A stretch of DNA of 63,324 nucleotides, filler included. It is 6 parts of 6 records of this genome, joined end to end, with 100 filler letters (N's around TTAATTAATTAA, not from the genome) between each part and the next. Parts side by side here need not be neighbours in the genome. Positions count along the whole stretch, not along the records: positions 1 to 17,625 come from SRR31156797_54066; positions 17,726 to 25,604 come from SRR31156797_54169; 4 more parts are not named here. The stretch is one strand, 5' to 3'. A program made the translations under genes and the position numbers. A model generated the notes under the pieces. The model ran no database searches. It was not told where the DNA came from and saw only the letters and a list, made by a program, of their open reading frames with translations. Shown in pieces: positions 9,297 to 19,036 of the stretch (the first letter of the stretch is position 1; each line of letters starts with the position of its first letter).

Positions 9297-10295
9297 ATGA
9301 CGGATCATCTTCAAACCCTTCCCAAGATCGAACTTCACTGTCATCTGGACGGATGCGTCCGTCCCGAGACGGTGATAGATATAGCCCGGAAAGAGGGCAT
9401 CAGACTCCCTGGCGAAAACATCGATGCGATCCGCGACCTTATGTCGGTGGACGAGGACTGCCCCACCCTGGAAGAGTACCTGAAGCGCTTCGACCTGCCC
9501 GGCCTTGTGATGCAGAGTGAAGCCGCCCTGGAAAGGATAGCCTATGAGCTGATGGAGGACGCGGCCGCCGAGAGCGTGAAGTACCTTGAAGTCCGCTTCG
9601 GGCCCCAGCTTCACAGGCAGAAGGGTCTGAGCCTTTCGCAGATCATAGGGAGCGTTATCCGGGGCATGAAGAGGGGAGAGGAGGACTTCGACATCCGTGG
9701 CAATCTCATCCTCTCCGCCCTGATCGGCTTCCCCATGGAATCCCTGTACGAGATCATCGAAGAGGGAAGAGAGTTCCTGGGCCGCGGCGTTGCGGCCATG
9801 GACCTGGCGGGCTCTGAGGTCGAGGGCTTCGACCCCGGTTATGTGGAACCCTTCGCCCTGGCGAAGGAGTACGGCTACAGGATCACCATCCACGCCGGCG
9901 AGGCGGCCTCGGGAAACAACGTCCTGGAGGCCGTCAGGCTGCTGGGGGCCGAGAGGATAGGCCACGGGGTACACCTCAAGACCAGCGCCGAGGCCTATGA
10001 TCTTGTTAAAGAGAAGGGCATCCATCTGGAGATCTGCCCCACCAGCAATATCCAGACGAAGTCTATCGCAAGCTACAAAGAGCACCCTGTTATGGACTTT
10101 ATGAGGGAGGGCATCTCCGTCTCCATCAACACGGACAACAGGACCGTATCGGCCACCGATATGCCCCGTGAGATCGGCCTGGTCTCCCGGTGGAACGGTC
10201 TGACTGAGGATGAGTACAGACAGATCTATCTGAACAGCGTGGAGGCCTCCTTCGCCGATAAGGATATCAAGGCCCGGCTGCGGGAGTATATCTGA
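9297..10295 (+). CDS. add: Adenosine deaminase
   Basis: LPKIELHCHLDG, IHAGE, RIGHG, CPTSN, INTDN motifs; adenine riboswitch upstream. Confidence 0.93.
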   Translation: MTDHLQTLPKIELHCHLDGCVRPETVIDIARKEGIRLPGENIDAIRDLMSVDEDCPTLEEYLKRFDLPGLVMQSEAALERIAYELMEDAAAESVKYLEVRFGPQLHRQKGLSLSQIIGSVIRGMKRGEEDFDIRGNLILSALIGFPMESLYEIIEEGREFLGRGVAAMDLAGSEVEGFDPGYVEPFALAKEYGYRITIHAGEAASGNNVLEAVRLLGAERIGHGVHLKTSAEAYDLVKEKGIHLEICPTSNIQTKSIASYKEHPVMDFMREGISVSINTDNRTVSATDMPREIGLVSRWNGLTEDEYRQIYLNSVEASFADKDIKARLREYI

Positions 10296-10311
10296 TCATA
10301 TTCTGCATGCA

Positions 10312-10394
10312 ATACGATGGAAGCGTATAAAAAATGTTGAATCTATACGATACTATCGTATAGTTGTGTTGTTTTCCATACGATGACATCGTAT
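10312..10394 (+). promoter_or_regulatory. Three phased palindromic operator-like sites overlapping a sigma70-like promoter
   Basis: ATACGAT-N3-ATCGTAT at 10312 (1 mismatch), 10345 and 10378; TTGAAT(10337)-16nt-TATAGT(10359). Confidence 0.65.
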
Positions 10395-10403
10395 GATATA
10401 TGT

Positions 10404-11582
10404 ATGGAAGAGCTTTTATATCAGTATAACCCCTGGTGGGAAGAGGATTATAAACCCAAAGGCCTGGTCGAAAGAACAAACTACTTTAAGCGCCTTGTTT
10501 CTAACCTTGAGAACAGGTCTATTATTTTTCTGACAGGCCTCCGCAGAGTCGGTAAGACCTCCCTTATGAAACTCCTTATTTATTACCTGATTCAGAACAG
10601 TGTTGATCCAAAAAAGATCCTGTATATCAGTCTGGATGATTACTCTTTACGAAATAATCTATTGGATGAGATCCTGACAGAATACAGGAATCTCCATAAG
10701 CTGAAGCTGGATGAGAGAGTTTACGTTTTTTTTGATGAGGTAACGTATAAAGAGAACTATCATCAGCAGCTTAAGAATATCTATGACAGGCAGAATGTAA
10801 AAGTATTCGCTACCTCTTCTTCCAGTTCTCTGCTCAAAGATAAGAAGGCTTTTCTTACGGGACGGTCCATAACATTCGAAGTGAAACCTCTAGATTTTGA
10901 TGAATATCTGATCTTCAGGAATATCAAAATAAGGAAACGTGAAGAATACCTGCTGGACTCCTACTTCAAAGACTATATCAGGGATGGAGGCATGCCGGAA
11001 AATGTAATCAATCCGAGCCGGGAATATCTGGTAAATCTTGTTGATGATATTATACAAAAAGACATTACAGCCTTCCATGGACTGAAAAATCATCAGGTGG
11101 TCAGAGACTTCTATCTACTGTTGATGGAGCGGTCAGGGAAACAACTCAGCATAAACAAGATGGGTAAAATCCTGAGTATCTCAGCCGATACGGCAAGACG
11201 GTATCTTGCCTATTTTGAAGAAACCTATCTGATTCATTTGCTTTCAAGATATGGTAAGACGAATGAAAAGCTGCTGTCTGCCAAAAAAATCTATGCCTGT
11301 GATTTGGGTATAAAGCATCTGTTTATCGGAGAAAGGGATTTCGGAAGTTACTTCGAGAACTATATCTATCTTAAATTGAGAAATAACAAAGATCTGTATT
11401 ATCTCTATGAAAACGGCAATGAGATAGATTTTATAACCAGTGACGGCATCCTTATTGAGTCAAAATACAATGCGGAACTCAATGAGAAACAAAAAAAGCT
11501 GTTCGATGAGTACGGCGCCAAAGAAAAGTATGTCATTGATTCTGTGAAGATGTTACAGGATCTTAATCAATGGGATACTTGA
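10404..11582 (+). CDS. AAA+ ATPase with C-terminal DUF4143 (PD-(D/E)XK-like) domain
   Basis: NPWW, GLRRVGKT Walker A, FFDEV Walker B, LTGR, GGMPE, K.YACD.G, EIDFI..IESKY; AT-rich relative to neighbours; start placed at MEELLY. Confidence 0.85.
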   Translation: MEELLYQYNPWWEEDYKPKGLVERTNYFKRLVSNLENRSIIFLTGLRRVGKTSLMKLLIYYLIQNSVDPKKILYISLDDYSLRNNLLDEILTEYRNLHKLKLDERVYVFFDEVTYKENYHQQLKNIYDRQNVKVFATSSSSSLLKDKKAFLTGRSITFEVKPLDFDEYLIFRNIKIRKREEYLLDSYFKDYIRDGGMPENVINPSREYLVNLVDDIIQKDITAFHGLKNHQVVRDFYLLLMERSGKQLSINKMGKILSISADTARRYLAYFEETYLIHLLSRYGKTNEKLLSAKKIYACDLGIKHLFIGERDFGSYFENYIYLKLRNNKDLYYLYENGNEIDFITSDGILIESKYNAELNEKQKKLFDEYGAKEKYVIDSVKMLQDLNQWDT

Positions 11583-11591
11583 TCGAAGAGC

Positions 11592-12062
11592 TTATTTCTC
11601 CGCCCTCTCCAGCCCCTTCTCAACGGCATCCACTATCTTGCTGTAGCCCGTGCAGCGGCACAGGTGCCCCGACAGTTCCCGCTTGATCTCCTCCCGGTTG
11701 AGGTCCTTCTTCTGCTCCATAAGCCCGGTGGCGGTCATCAGGAGCCCGGGGGTGCAGAAGCCGCACTGGACCGCCCCTGCTTCGACAAAGCTGCGCTGCA
11801 TCACGGACAGGTCCTCCCCGTCCGCCAGGCCTTCGGTGGTCCGGATCTCCCTGCCGTGGGCCCTGGGGGCGGGGTAGATGCAGGAGTTGACGCTGACCCC
11901 GTCGATCAGGACGGCGCAGGCGCCGCACTCTCCCACGCCGCAGCCCTGCTTGACGCTGGTCATATGAAGGCGGTCTCTCAGGACCTCCAGCAGGGTCTCT
12001 CTCACATCGATATCGACGACCATCTCCCGGCCGTTCAGGGTAAACTCAATTCTCATGGTCAT
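11592..12062 (-). CDS. xdhC: Xanthine dehydrogenase-family 2Fe-2S subunit
   Basis: GCGVGECGAC, QCGFCTPG, LCRCTGY. Confidence 0.9.
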   Translation of the reverse strand: MTMRIEFTLNGREMVVDIDVRETLLEVLRDRLHMTSVKQGCGVGECGACAVLIDGVSVNSCIYPAPRAHGREIRTTEGLADGEDLSVMQRSFVEAGAVQCGFCTPGLLMTATGLMEQKKDLNREEIKRELSGHLCRCTGYSKIVDAVEKGLERAEK

Positions 12063-12942
12063 GATCGCAATCTCCCTTGGTCAGTTTTTCCAGGCCTCTG
12101 CGGGCCAGTACTCCCGCCAGATGGTCCCGGAAGGCCTTGGAGCCCCTCCAGGAGTCCCGGGTGAGGAGTTCCTTCTTCACCAGCTCGGCGAACATATCGA
12201 GTTTGTCATCGTCAATGTTCAAACCCCTCATCATCTCTTCCGCGTCGGGGCAGCGCCGGGGGGTGGGGCCCGCCACGCCGTAGGCGATCCGCAGGTCCTT
12301 TAACACACCTTCTTTCTGTTTGACGCTTAGGGCGCATCCCAGGGTGGCGATGTCCATGGCCTCCCTCTGGCTGAACTTCATGTAATGGGCCTTGTAATCC
12401 TGGTAATCCTCCCGCCTGATGATGATATCCGTAAGGATCTCCCCCTGCCTCAGGTCGACCTTGCCGGCTCCCTTGTAGAACTCGGCGATCTCGACCTTCC
12501 TCTCTCCGGAAGGGGATGTGAGGACGAGGAGGGCGTTGCAGCAGAAGAGGATCGGGGCGCTGTCGGCCGAGGGGACGCCGTTGCAGAGGTTGCCCCCCAG
12601 GGTGGCGACGGCCCTGATCTGGGGGCCTCCCACTGTGGAGGCCGCGGCGCTGAGGCCGGACATCAGGTCCCTCACCAGCTCGTTGTTCTCCAGGCTCCGG
12701 AAGCTCTGAAGGGGGCCTATGTGGAGGTCATTCTTCCCGTCCAGATAGACATGGTTCAGATCGTCCAGACCCGTGATGTCCAGAACATCAACACCATCGT
12801 CCGCGTCCGGGTACTTGCCCTCCCTCAGGCGGATCAGGAGGTCCGTCCCTCCGGCCAGAACCTTCGCCTCGGGATGGACCTTCAGGTAGTCCAGGGCCTC
12901 CTCCAGATGCGCTACGCTGGTATAGCTTTTAATATCAAACAT
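12046..12942 (-). CDS. xdhB: Xanthine dehydrogenase-family FAD-binding subunit
   Basis: LAGGTDL, QIRAVATLGGNLCNG..SAD; start placed at MFDIK overlapping the xdhA end. Confidence 0.88.
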   Translation of the reverse strand: MFDIKSYTSVAHLEEALDYLKVHPEAKVLAGGTDLLIRLREGKYPDADDGVDVLDITGLDDLNHVYLDGKNDLHIGPLQSFRSLENNELVRDLMSGLSAAASTVGGPQIRAVATLGGNLCNGVPSADSAPILFCCNALLVLTSPSGERKVEIAEFYKGAGKVDLRQGEILTDIIIRREDYQDYKAHYMKFSQREAMDIATLGCALSVKQKEGVLKDLRIAYGVAGPTPRRCPDAEEMMRGLNIDDDKLDMFAELVKKELLTRDSWRGSKAFRDHLAGVLARRGLEKLTKGDCDHDHEN

Positions 12943-15274
12943 TGACAGTCTTCCTCTTGGTCTCTTTGGAATGCTCTTTATCCAGTAAACCGGCTTTCTC
13001 AAAGGATTCAAACAGGTTCTGGGGATTCATGGGCAGCGCGTCCACGGCCACCCCGGTGGCATGGAGGATGGCGTTCCGGACGGCGCTTGCTGGGGAGATG
13101 GCGGGGGGCTCTCCCAGGGACTTGTTGCCGAAGGGGCCCGTTGCCTCGTGGCACTCCACAAAGCCCACGTTCAGCTCGGGGGTGTCCATCACCGTGGGGA
13201 GCTTGTAGTCCAGGAGGTTGTTGTTCAGGGGCCTTCCCGTGGCGGGATCGTAGAGCAGGATCTCAGACAGTCCGAAGCCCAGGCTCATGCTCATGCCCCC
13301 CTGCACCTGGCCCTCCGCCAGAACGGGGTTCAGAACCCGGCCGCAGTCGTGGATGTTGCAGATATCCAGGATATTGATCTTCCCGGTCTGTATATCCACC
13401 TCCAGCTCCGTCACGGTGACGCCGAAGGAGAGGGGATTCTCCTTGACCTGGCCGCTGTAGTCGCTGCTGATCACGGCGCTGTCGCTCTTGTCGTAATAGG
13501 ACTCCAGGGCGATCTGCTCCAGGGCCGCCAGAGGCTCTCCGCTTTGTTTCTCCACGATCTGTTCATCCACAAGATCAAGCTCCTCCGCGGGGCGGTCCAG
13601 CTTCCTCGAGGCCCGCTCCAGAACCTTGGCCTTCACCTCCTCCGCCGCCCTCTTCACGGCGTGGCCGGTGACGAAGGACTGGCGGGAGGCATAGGCTCCC
13701 GTATCGAAGGGGTCTGTATCCGTGTCGGTCGTCAGGTTGAGCGTGACCTTTTCATAGGGGATGCCCAGCGCCTCGGCGGCCATCTGGCAGAAGAGGGTGG
13801 TGGAGCCCTGACCGATCTCGGTGGCCCCTACCTGGAGCTGCACCGAGCCGTCCTGGTTCATCACGATCCGGGCTCCGGCGATCTCCTGGGCGATGGGCCA
13901 GACCCCCGTGGCGTAGCTGAAGCAGGCGAATCCCACTCCCCGCCGGAAGTCTCCCGTCTGATTCCGGTATAAATCCCGTTTCGTGTCCCATCCTATATAG
14001 TCCATACCCTTCTGGATGCACTCGGTCAGGCCGTAGCTGTCCAGGCTGCAGGTCCCCATGGGATCGGGGCTCCCCTGGGGGAGGAGGTTGATCCTGCGGA
14101 AGGCGATGGGGTCCATGTCCAGGGCCCGGGCGATATCGTCCATATGGGCTTCCACGGCGAAGTTGATCTGGGGAATCCCGTAGGCCCTCATGGCCCCGGC
14201 GGTGGCCGTATTGGTATACACCGTATAGCCCTGGAAGCGGGAGGAGCGCAGGGCGGGGTAGTTCCTCATAAAGTCTCCCCCCTGCTTGGCCACCACCGCG
14301 TGACAGTGGGAGGCGTAGGCGCCGTTGGTGCCGACAGAGCGGAGGGTCTTGGCCAGGATCCGTCCCGACTTGTCCACCCCCGTCTTCATATAGTGGCGCA
14401 TGCCGTGGCGGCTGCGGGTATAGGCCATGCACTCCTCCCGGCTCATATCTATCATCACAGGGCGGCCCCCGCATTTCATGGTCAAAAAGGCGACCAGGGG
14501 CTCCAGGACCACATCCTGCTTGTTGCCGAAGCCTCCCCCCACATGGGGCTTGATCACCCTGAACTGATTGACGGGCATACCGAAGGCATGGGCCATGATG
14601 CGCCGGGCGATATGGGGAATCTGGGTGGATGAGACGACGGTGATCCTCTCCTGGTCGTCCCTGTAGGCGTAGCTGATATGGTTCTCCAGATGGCAGTGCT
14701 GCACCTGGGGAGACTCGTAGACCTTCTCGAAAACATAGTCGGCCTCGGCAAACACTTCATCTGGTTCTTCGGCGCCCAGAGCGAATCTGTTCTGCCCCAG
14801 GATATTGTTCGGAGCATCGTCGTGGATCAGGCAGGCCTCGTCGGCCATGGCCTCTTCCGGATCCAGGTAGAAGGGGTACTCCTCGTACTCTACCTGTATC
14901 CTGGCGGCGGCCTTCTCGGCGCTCAGGGCGTCCTCGGCGATCACGACGGCGATCTCATCCCCGTAGAGTCTGATCCTATCGGTCAGAAGGCTCCGGTCCG
15001 CCTTGTCCTGACGGGCCGGGTCCATGGCATAGGGGTGTCCGGCCGTGGGGAAGATGATCCCCTCACAGTCTTTGTATGTCAGGACTTTGACAACCCCTTC
15101 CACGGCAAGGGCTTCGGAGGTATCGATGGAGTTCACCCGCCCGTGGGCGATGGTGCTTCTGAAAATACTGGCATGGAGCATGCCCCGCCTGTCCATATCC
15201 GCCGTGTACCTGGCTCTGCCTGTTACCTTGGCCAGAGCGTCCTTTCGTAAGGGGCTGGTTCCTATCTGTTTCAA
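12935..15274 (-). CDS. xdhA: Xanthine dehydrogenase-family molybdopterin-binding subunit
   Basis: KVTGRARYTAD, TAGHP, VGGGFGNKQ, AMRAYG, IGQG, ASRQ, LGEPP; A-B-C order; TTG start; substrate not provable from sequence. Confidence 0.88.
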   Translation of the reverse strand: MKQIGTSPLRKDALAKVTGRARYTADMDRRGMLHASIFRSTIAHGRVNSIDTSEALAVEGVVKVLTYKDCEGIIFPTAGHPYAMDPARQDKADRSLLTDRIRLYGDEIAVVIAEDALSAEKAAARIQVEYEEYPFYLDPEEAMADEACLIHDDAPNNILGQNRFALGAEEPDEVFAEADYVFEKVYESPQVQHCHLENHISYAYRDDQERITVVSSTQIPHIARRIMAHAFGMPVNQFRVIKPHVGGGFGNKQDVVLEPLVAFLTMKCGGRPVMIDMSREECMAYTRSRHGMRHYMKTGVDKSGRILAKTLRSVGTNGAYASHCHAVVAKQGGDFMRNYPALRSSRFQGYTVYTNTATAGAMRAYGIPQINFAVEAHMDDIARALDMDPIAFRRINLLPQGSPDPMGTCSLDSYGLTECIQKGMDYIGWDTKRDLYRNQTGDFRRGVGFACFSYATGVWPIAQEIAGARIVMNQDGSVQLQVGATEIGQGSTTLFCQMAAEALGIPYEKVTLNLTTDTDTDPFDTGAYASRQSFVTGHAVKRAAEEVKAKVLERASRKLDRPAEELDLVDEQIVEKQSGEPLAALEQIALESYYDKSDSAVISSDYSGQVKENPLSFGVTVTELEVDIQTGKINILDICNIHDCGRVLNPVLAEGQVQGGMSMSLGFGLSEILLYDPATGRPLNNNLLDYKLPTVMDTPELNVGFVECHEATGPFGNKSLGEPPAISPASAVRNAILHATGVAVDALPMNPQNLFESFEKAGLLDKEHSKETKRKTVNV

Positions 15275-15391
15275 AGTCTTATCCCGTGTATCCTTCCAGG
15301 TTTTCTTAAAGGACCCAATGTAACGTGTTCCTAATCACTTGATCAAGAGGTCAGACAAGTTGTTTTAGTATTTGTATTGATTATTTATTGG

Positions 15392-15490
15392 GGGCCGCCT
15401 GCCGCCTGCGGCGTCAGATCCGGCTTTACGCGGGTTCCGTGTTTGACTTAAGTCAAACACCGCTTCGCGCCGCTCCAATCCGTCGGCCGG
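15392..15490. repeat. GC-rich REP-like intergenic element containing a perfect 22-bp palindrome
   Basis: GTGTTTGACTTAAGTCAAACAC (15439-15460) embedded in GGCTTTACGC...CCGCTCCAATCC; related CCGCTGCCATCCC motif at about 8235-8247. Confidence 0.4.
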
Positions 15491-15727
15491 TAGGCAGTTT
15501 ACTGGAGGTTTACGGTCAGCCAATCGGCTGTTGGCAGAAAATTGAATCTCCTTGAAGCAACAGATCTATTTCTTCAGTAGAGATGACTGCACGGGCGGGG
15601 GAGAACCCATTTGACCGGCCCGCCAGGCCTTAGAGCATTGTGAGATTCAATCTGGCCCTTAGGCCCTATCCTATTTTATCACCAAGGCTCCGTTGGAGCC
15701 TTGGTAGAACATAAGGATTATATTAAA

Positions 15728-16609
15728 ATGAAAGAGATGGCAAGCTGGATAAAAGCAACATCGGATATCATGGTACGCGTTCTGCTGGGGCAGACACAAA
15801 ACATTGATCTGCTCAAGGACTTTATCAACGCTGTGCTGAAGGACCAGGGAATAACTCCTGTAAAGTCACTGACTATTGAAAATCCCGTCAACCTGAGAGA
15901 GGTTTTCAATGAGAAAGAGTCTATCCTTGATGTCAAAGCCGTTGATGAATCGGGCCGTATTCTGGATGTGGAGATTCAAAGCAGGTACGAAGCTCAGTTT
16001 ACTAACAGGAGTCTTCATTACTGGGCAAAATTGTACTCCTCCCAGTTAATAACAGGCGATCCATACGAGACCTTGAATCCCGTCATCTGCATCAATCTCC
16101 TGGATTTTTCCTTGAAGGATATTCCGGGCAGCGAGTATCACAGTAGCTATATGATCACCAAGACAAACAATCCCGATGTCCTGTTAAGCGATCATCTGCG
16201 CATTCACTTTATCGAACTGCCGAAAATAAAGGTCGATCCGTCTGTAGTTCCAACGGACAGACTTGTGAAATGGATGTATTATTTTAAAGAAGAGGGTATC
16301 CTGGAGGATGAAGAAATGAAAAAGATTATAATCAAAGACGATCCTCTGTTGGAACAGGCTCACGAGACCTTCAAAGAGTTTACCGCCGATAAAGAAATGC
16401 GGGCAAAGTACGAAGCCCGAGAAAAATGGGAGCATGATCAGGCCTCTCTCAGATACAATGCCAAGCAGCAGGGACGGAATGAACGATCCTTCGAAGTAGC
16501 CGAAGCCCTGCTGGATAACGGAGTCAGCCCTGACATTATATGCAAGACCACCGGTCTGAGCCCCGAAGAGCTTGAGGCACTGAAAAAGAAAAAAGGACGT
16601 TCTGAATAG
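15728..16609 (+). CDS. Rpn-family recombination-promoting nuclease / putative transposase (PD-(D/E)XK)
   Basis: ILDVKAVDESGRILDVEIQ, RSLHYWAKLY, HFIELPK, C-terminal II.KTTGLS.EEL. Confidence 0.88.
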   Translation: MKEMASWIKATSDIMVRVLLGQTQNIDLLKDFINAVLKDQGITPVKSLTIENPVNLREVFNEKESILDVKAVDESGRILDVEIQSRYEAQFTNRSLHYWAKLYSSQLITGDPYETLNPVICINLLDFSLKDIPGSEYHSSYMITKTNNPDVLLSDHLRIHFIELPKIKVDPSVVPTDRLVKWMYYFKEEGILEDEEMKKIIIKDDPLLEQAHETFKEFTADKEMRAKYEAREKWEHDQASLRYNAKQQGRNERSFEVAEALLDNGVSPDIICKTTGLSPEELEALKKKKGRSE

Positions 16610-16888
16610 CATCAAAACTCATAAATGATATTGATTCATCCCCTCTCGCCGAACATTTGGATACCCCGATCACTGATGACAGGGATGCTATACACCAGGG
16701 TTCAATCCACAGTCTTACACTATGCTTACCAGCACTTCATAAAAGACATATATGATAATTATTGACTGTTGAGTCGCTTCCGTATTTTAATAGACGTCTG
16801 ATCGCATATAAGGGTGTTGCGATCAGCTAAATTATATAAAGTAAAAATACATGAAAAGGATCTGCTTCCCCTTAGGCAGGACAAAATA

Positions 16889-17625
16889 ATGCCAAAGCAC
16901 AGGAAAACCCCCGTCAGCGTCGGGCGCAAGGCAGTGAACGCTTCTTCATCCGTACTGAAGGAGACCAATACGATTCACTTCGTTTCGGAGGTGGATGTCC
17001 ATGAACCGCGAAGGCTCCTCAAAGAGCTCTCGGTTAAGAAGGGAGAGTCCCTCTCCTTTACCGCTTATATCGTAGCCTGTCTGGCCCGAACCATGAAGGA
17101 TTATCCCGAGTTCAATGCCTATATCCGGGGAGGGAAGATGGTGGAACTCGACGAGCTGACCATCAGCGTCCTTATGGAGCAGGACCATGAGGGGCAGGAC
17201 CTCCCCGAACCCTATGGGATAAGGGATGCGAGCACCAAAGGATTCTATGATATTCACAAGGAGATCCGCAGTGTGAAACAGGGCAGGCAGACGGAGCTGC
17301 AGCGCTTCTCCCGCTTCAAATGGTTTCGCCTCATTCCCTCATCCCTTCTCCGTTTTGCTATCAAAATAGCCCTGAGAAGCCCAAAACGCCGCGCCCAGTT
17401 CGGCAGCGTCGCCGTATCCGCTATAGGTATGTACTGTAAGGAATCGCTGTGGCTCCTCCCCAGCGGCTGCCTCTCAGTCCTGGTAGCCGTAGGAAGCATC
17501 GTCGATAAGGTGGTGGAACACGAGGGGCAGATCTGTTCCCGGGAACACCTCTGTCTCACCCTCTCCTTCGATCATGATATTGCGGACGGAGCGCCGGCGG
17601 CCCGGTTTATCAGTGACTTCACCAG
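16889..17625 (+). CDS. 2-oxo-acid dehydrogenase E2-like acyltransferase, catalytic domain only; 3'-truncated at contig end
   Basis: LSFTAYI, PEFNA, LTLSFDHDIADGAPAARF (HxxxDG); no lipoyl domain. Confidence 0.8.
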
Positions 17626-17725
17626 NNNNNNNNNNNNNNNNNNNNNNNNNNNNNNNNNNNNNNNNNNNNTTAATTAATTAANNNNNNNNNNNNNNNNNNN
17701 NNNNNNNNNNNNNNNNNNNNNNNNN
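17626..17725. other. Artificial contig linker 1
   Basis: N44-TTAATTAATTAA-N44 (stops in six frames); base composition changes across it. Confidence 0.99.
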
Positions 17726-17726
17726 G

Positions 17727-18179
17727 GTTGCAGTAACCAATAATCATCAGCAAGCTGATACCGGAACCAAAATGATACACATTGGTAACAATACCAAGAG
17801 TACCATTATTTCGAAAGGTATTTCGGCAGGTAAGAGTAATAACTCGTATCGAGGATTGGTGAAAGTAGCTAAGAATTGTGAAGGGGCTCGAAATTTCTCA
17901 CAATGTGACTCTTTATTACTAGGTGATAAGTGTGGAGCTCATACTTTCCCTTATTTGGAGATTGGCAATCAAACTGCCAAGGTAGAGCATGAAGCAACTA
18001 CCTCTAAGATTGGTGAAGATCAAATTTTCTATTGTAACCAGCGTGGTATTAATACCGAGGATGCAATTGGATTGATCGTGAATGGTTATGCCAAAGAAGT
18101 AATTAATAAAATGCCTATGGAATTCGCTGTTGAAGCTCAAAAATTGCTTCAAATCAGTTTGGAAGGATCTGTAGGATAA
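17727..18179 (+). CDS. sufB: Fe-S cluster assembly protein SufB, 5'-truncated
   Basis: [44 protein letters not shown]. Confidence 0.95.
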   Translation, partial: VAVTNNHQQADTGTKMIHIGNNTKSTIISKGISAGKSNNSYRGLVKVAKNCEGARNFSQCDSLLLGDKCGAHTFPYLEIGNQTAKVEHEATTSKIGEDQIFYCNQRGINTEDAIGLIVNGYAKEVINKMPMEFAVEAQKLLQISLEGSVG

Positions 18180-18237
18180 ATCAATATATAATTCAATAAG
18201 TACCTTTACGCATTTATGCGTCTAAATACAAAGTGAA

Positions 18238-18990
18238 ATGTTAAGCATTAAAAATTTACACGTTTCCATTGAAGGAAAAGATATCTTAAAGGGAATCAAC
18301 CTGGAGATTAAGCCAGGTGAAGTTCACGCTATCATGGGACCAAATGGTGCCGGGAAAAGTACACTTGCCTCAGTTTTAGCAGGTAGAGATTTGTATAATG
18401 TAACCGAAGGGGAAGTTTCTTTTCAGGGAAAAGACCTTTTGGATATGGAACCTGAAGACCGCGCTAAAGAAGGTGTGTTCTTAGGATTTCAGTATCCTAT
18501 CGAGATTCCTGGAGTTTCAACTGTGAACTTCATGAAAACTGCGGTTAACGAGCATCGTAAGTATAAAGGATTAGAGCCATTATCGGCTTCTGATTTTTTG
18601 AAATTGATGCGTGAGAAAAAATCATTGGTTGAGATTGACTCAAAATTGACAAACCGATCGGTAAACGAAGGTTTCTCAGGTGGAGAGAAGAAGAAAAATG
18701 AGATTTTCCAAATGGCAATGTTAGAGCCAAAATTGGCTGTATTGGATGAAACCGATTCAGGTTTGGATATCGATGCTTTACGTATTGTAGCTAACGGAGT
18801 AAATAAATTGAAAACCCGCGATAACGCTACTATCGTAATTACTCACTATCAGCGTTTGTTAGATTATATTGTTCCTGATGTTGTTCATGTATTGTACAAC
18901 GGACGTATTGTTAAAACTGCAGGAAAAGAGTTAGCTCTTGAATTGGAGGAAAAAGGATACGATTGGATCAAAGAAGAGAACGGAAAATAG
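18238..18990 (+). CDS. sufC: Fe-S cluster assembly ATPase SufC
   Basis: GPNGAGKS, FQYPIEIPGV, NEGFSGGEKK, LDETDSGLDID, ITHYQR. Confidence 0.96.
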   Translation: MLSIKNLHVSIEGKDILKGINLEIKPGEVHAIMGPNGAGKSTLASVLAGRDLYNVTEGEVSFQGKDLLDMEPEDRAKEGVFLGFQYPIEIPGVSTVNFMKTAVNEHRKYKGLEPLSASDFLKLMREKKSLVEIDSKLTNRSVNEGFSGGEKKKNEIFQMAMLEPKLAVLDETDSGLDIDALRIVANGVNKLKTRDNATIVITHYQRLLDYIVPDVVHVLYNGRIVKTAGKELALELEEKGYDWIKEENGK

Positions 18991-19036
18991 TTGATAGTAA
19001 AGAGTGTTCATCCACTCATTAAATAATTTGTCAGAT

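Noticed and set aside
6649-10085. Minus-strand ORFs 6649..7851 and 9267..10085
   Set aside because: Shadow frames of the DAACS symporter and add.
17670-17681. TTAATTAATTAA motif recurring five times, and ORFs that end in it
   Set aside because: Synthetic six-frame-stop linker; ORF ends at 17677, 31203 and 56501 are artefacts.
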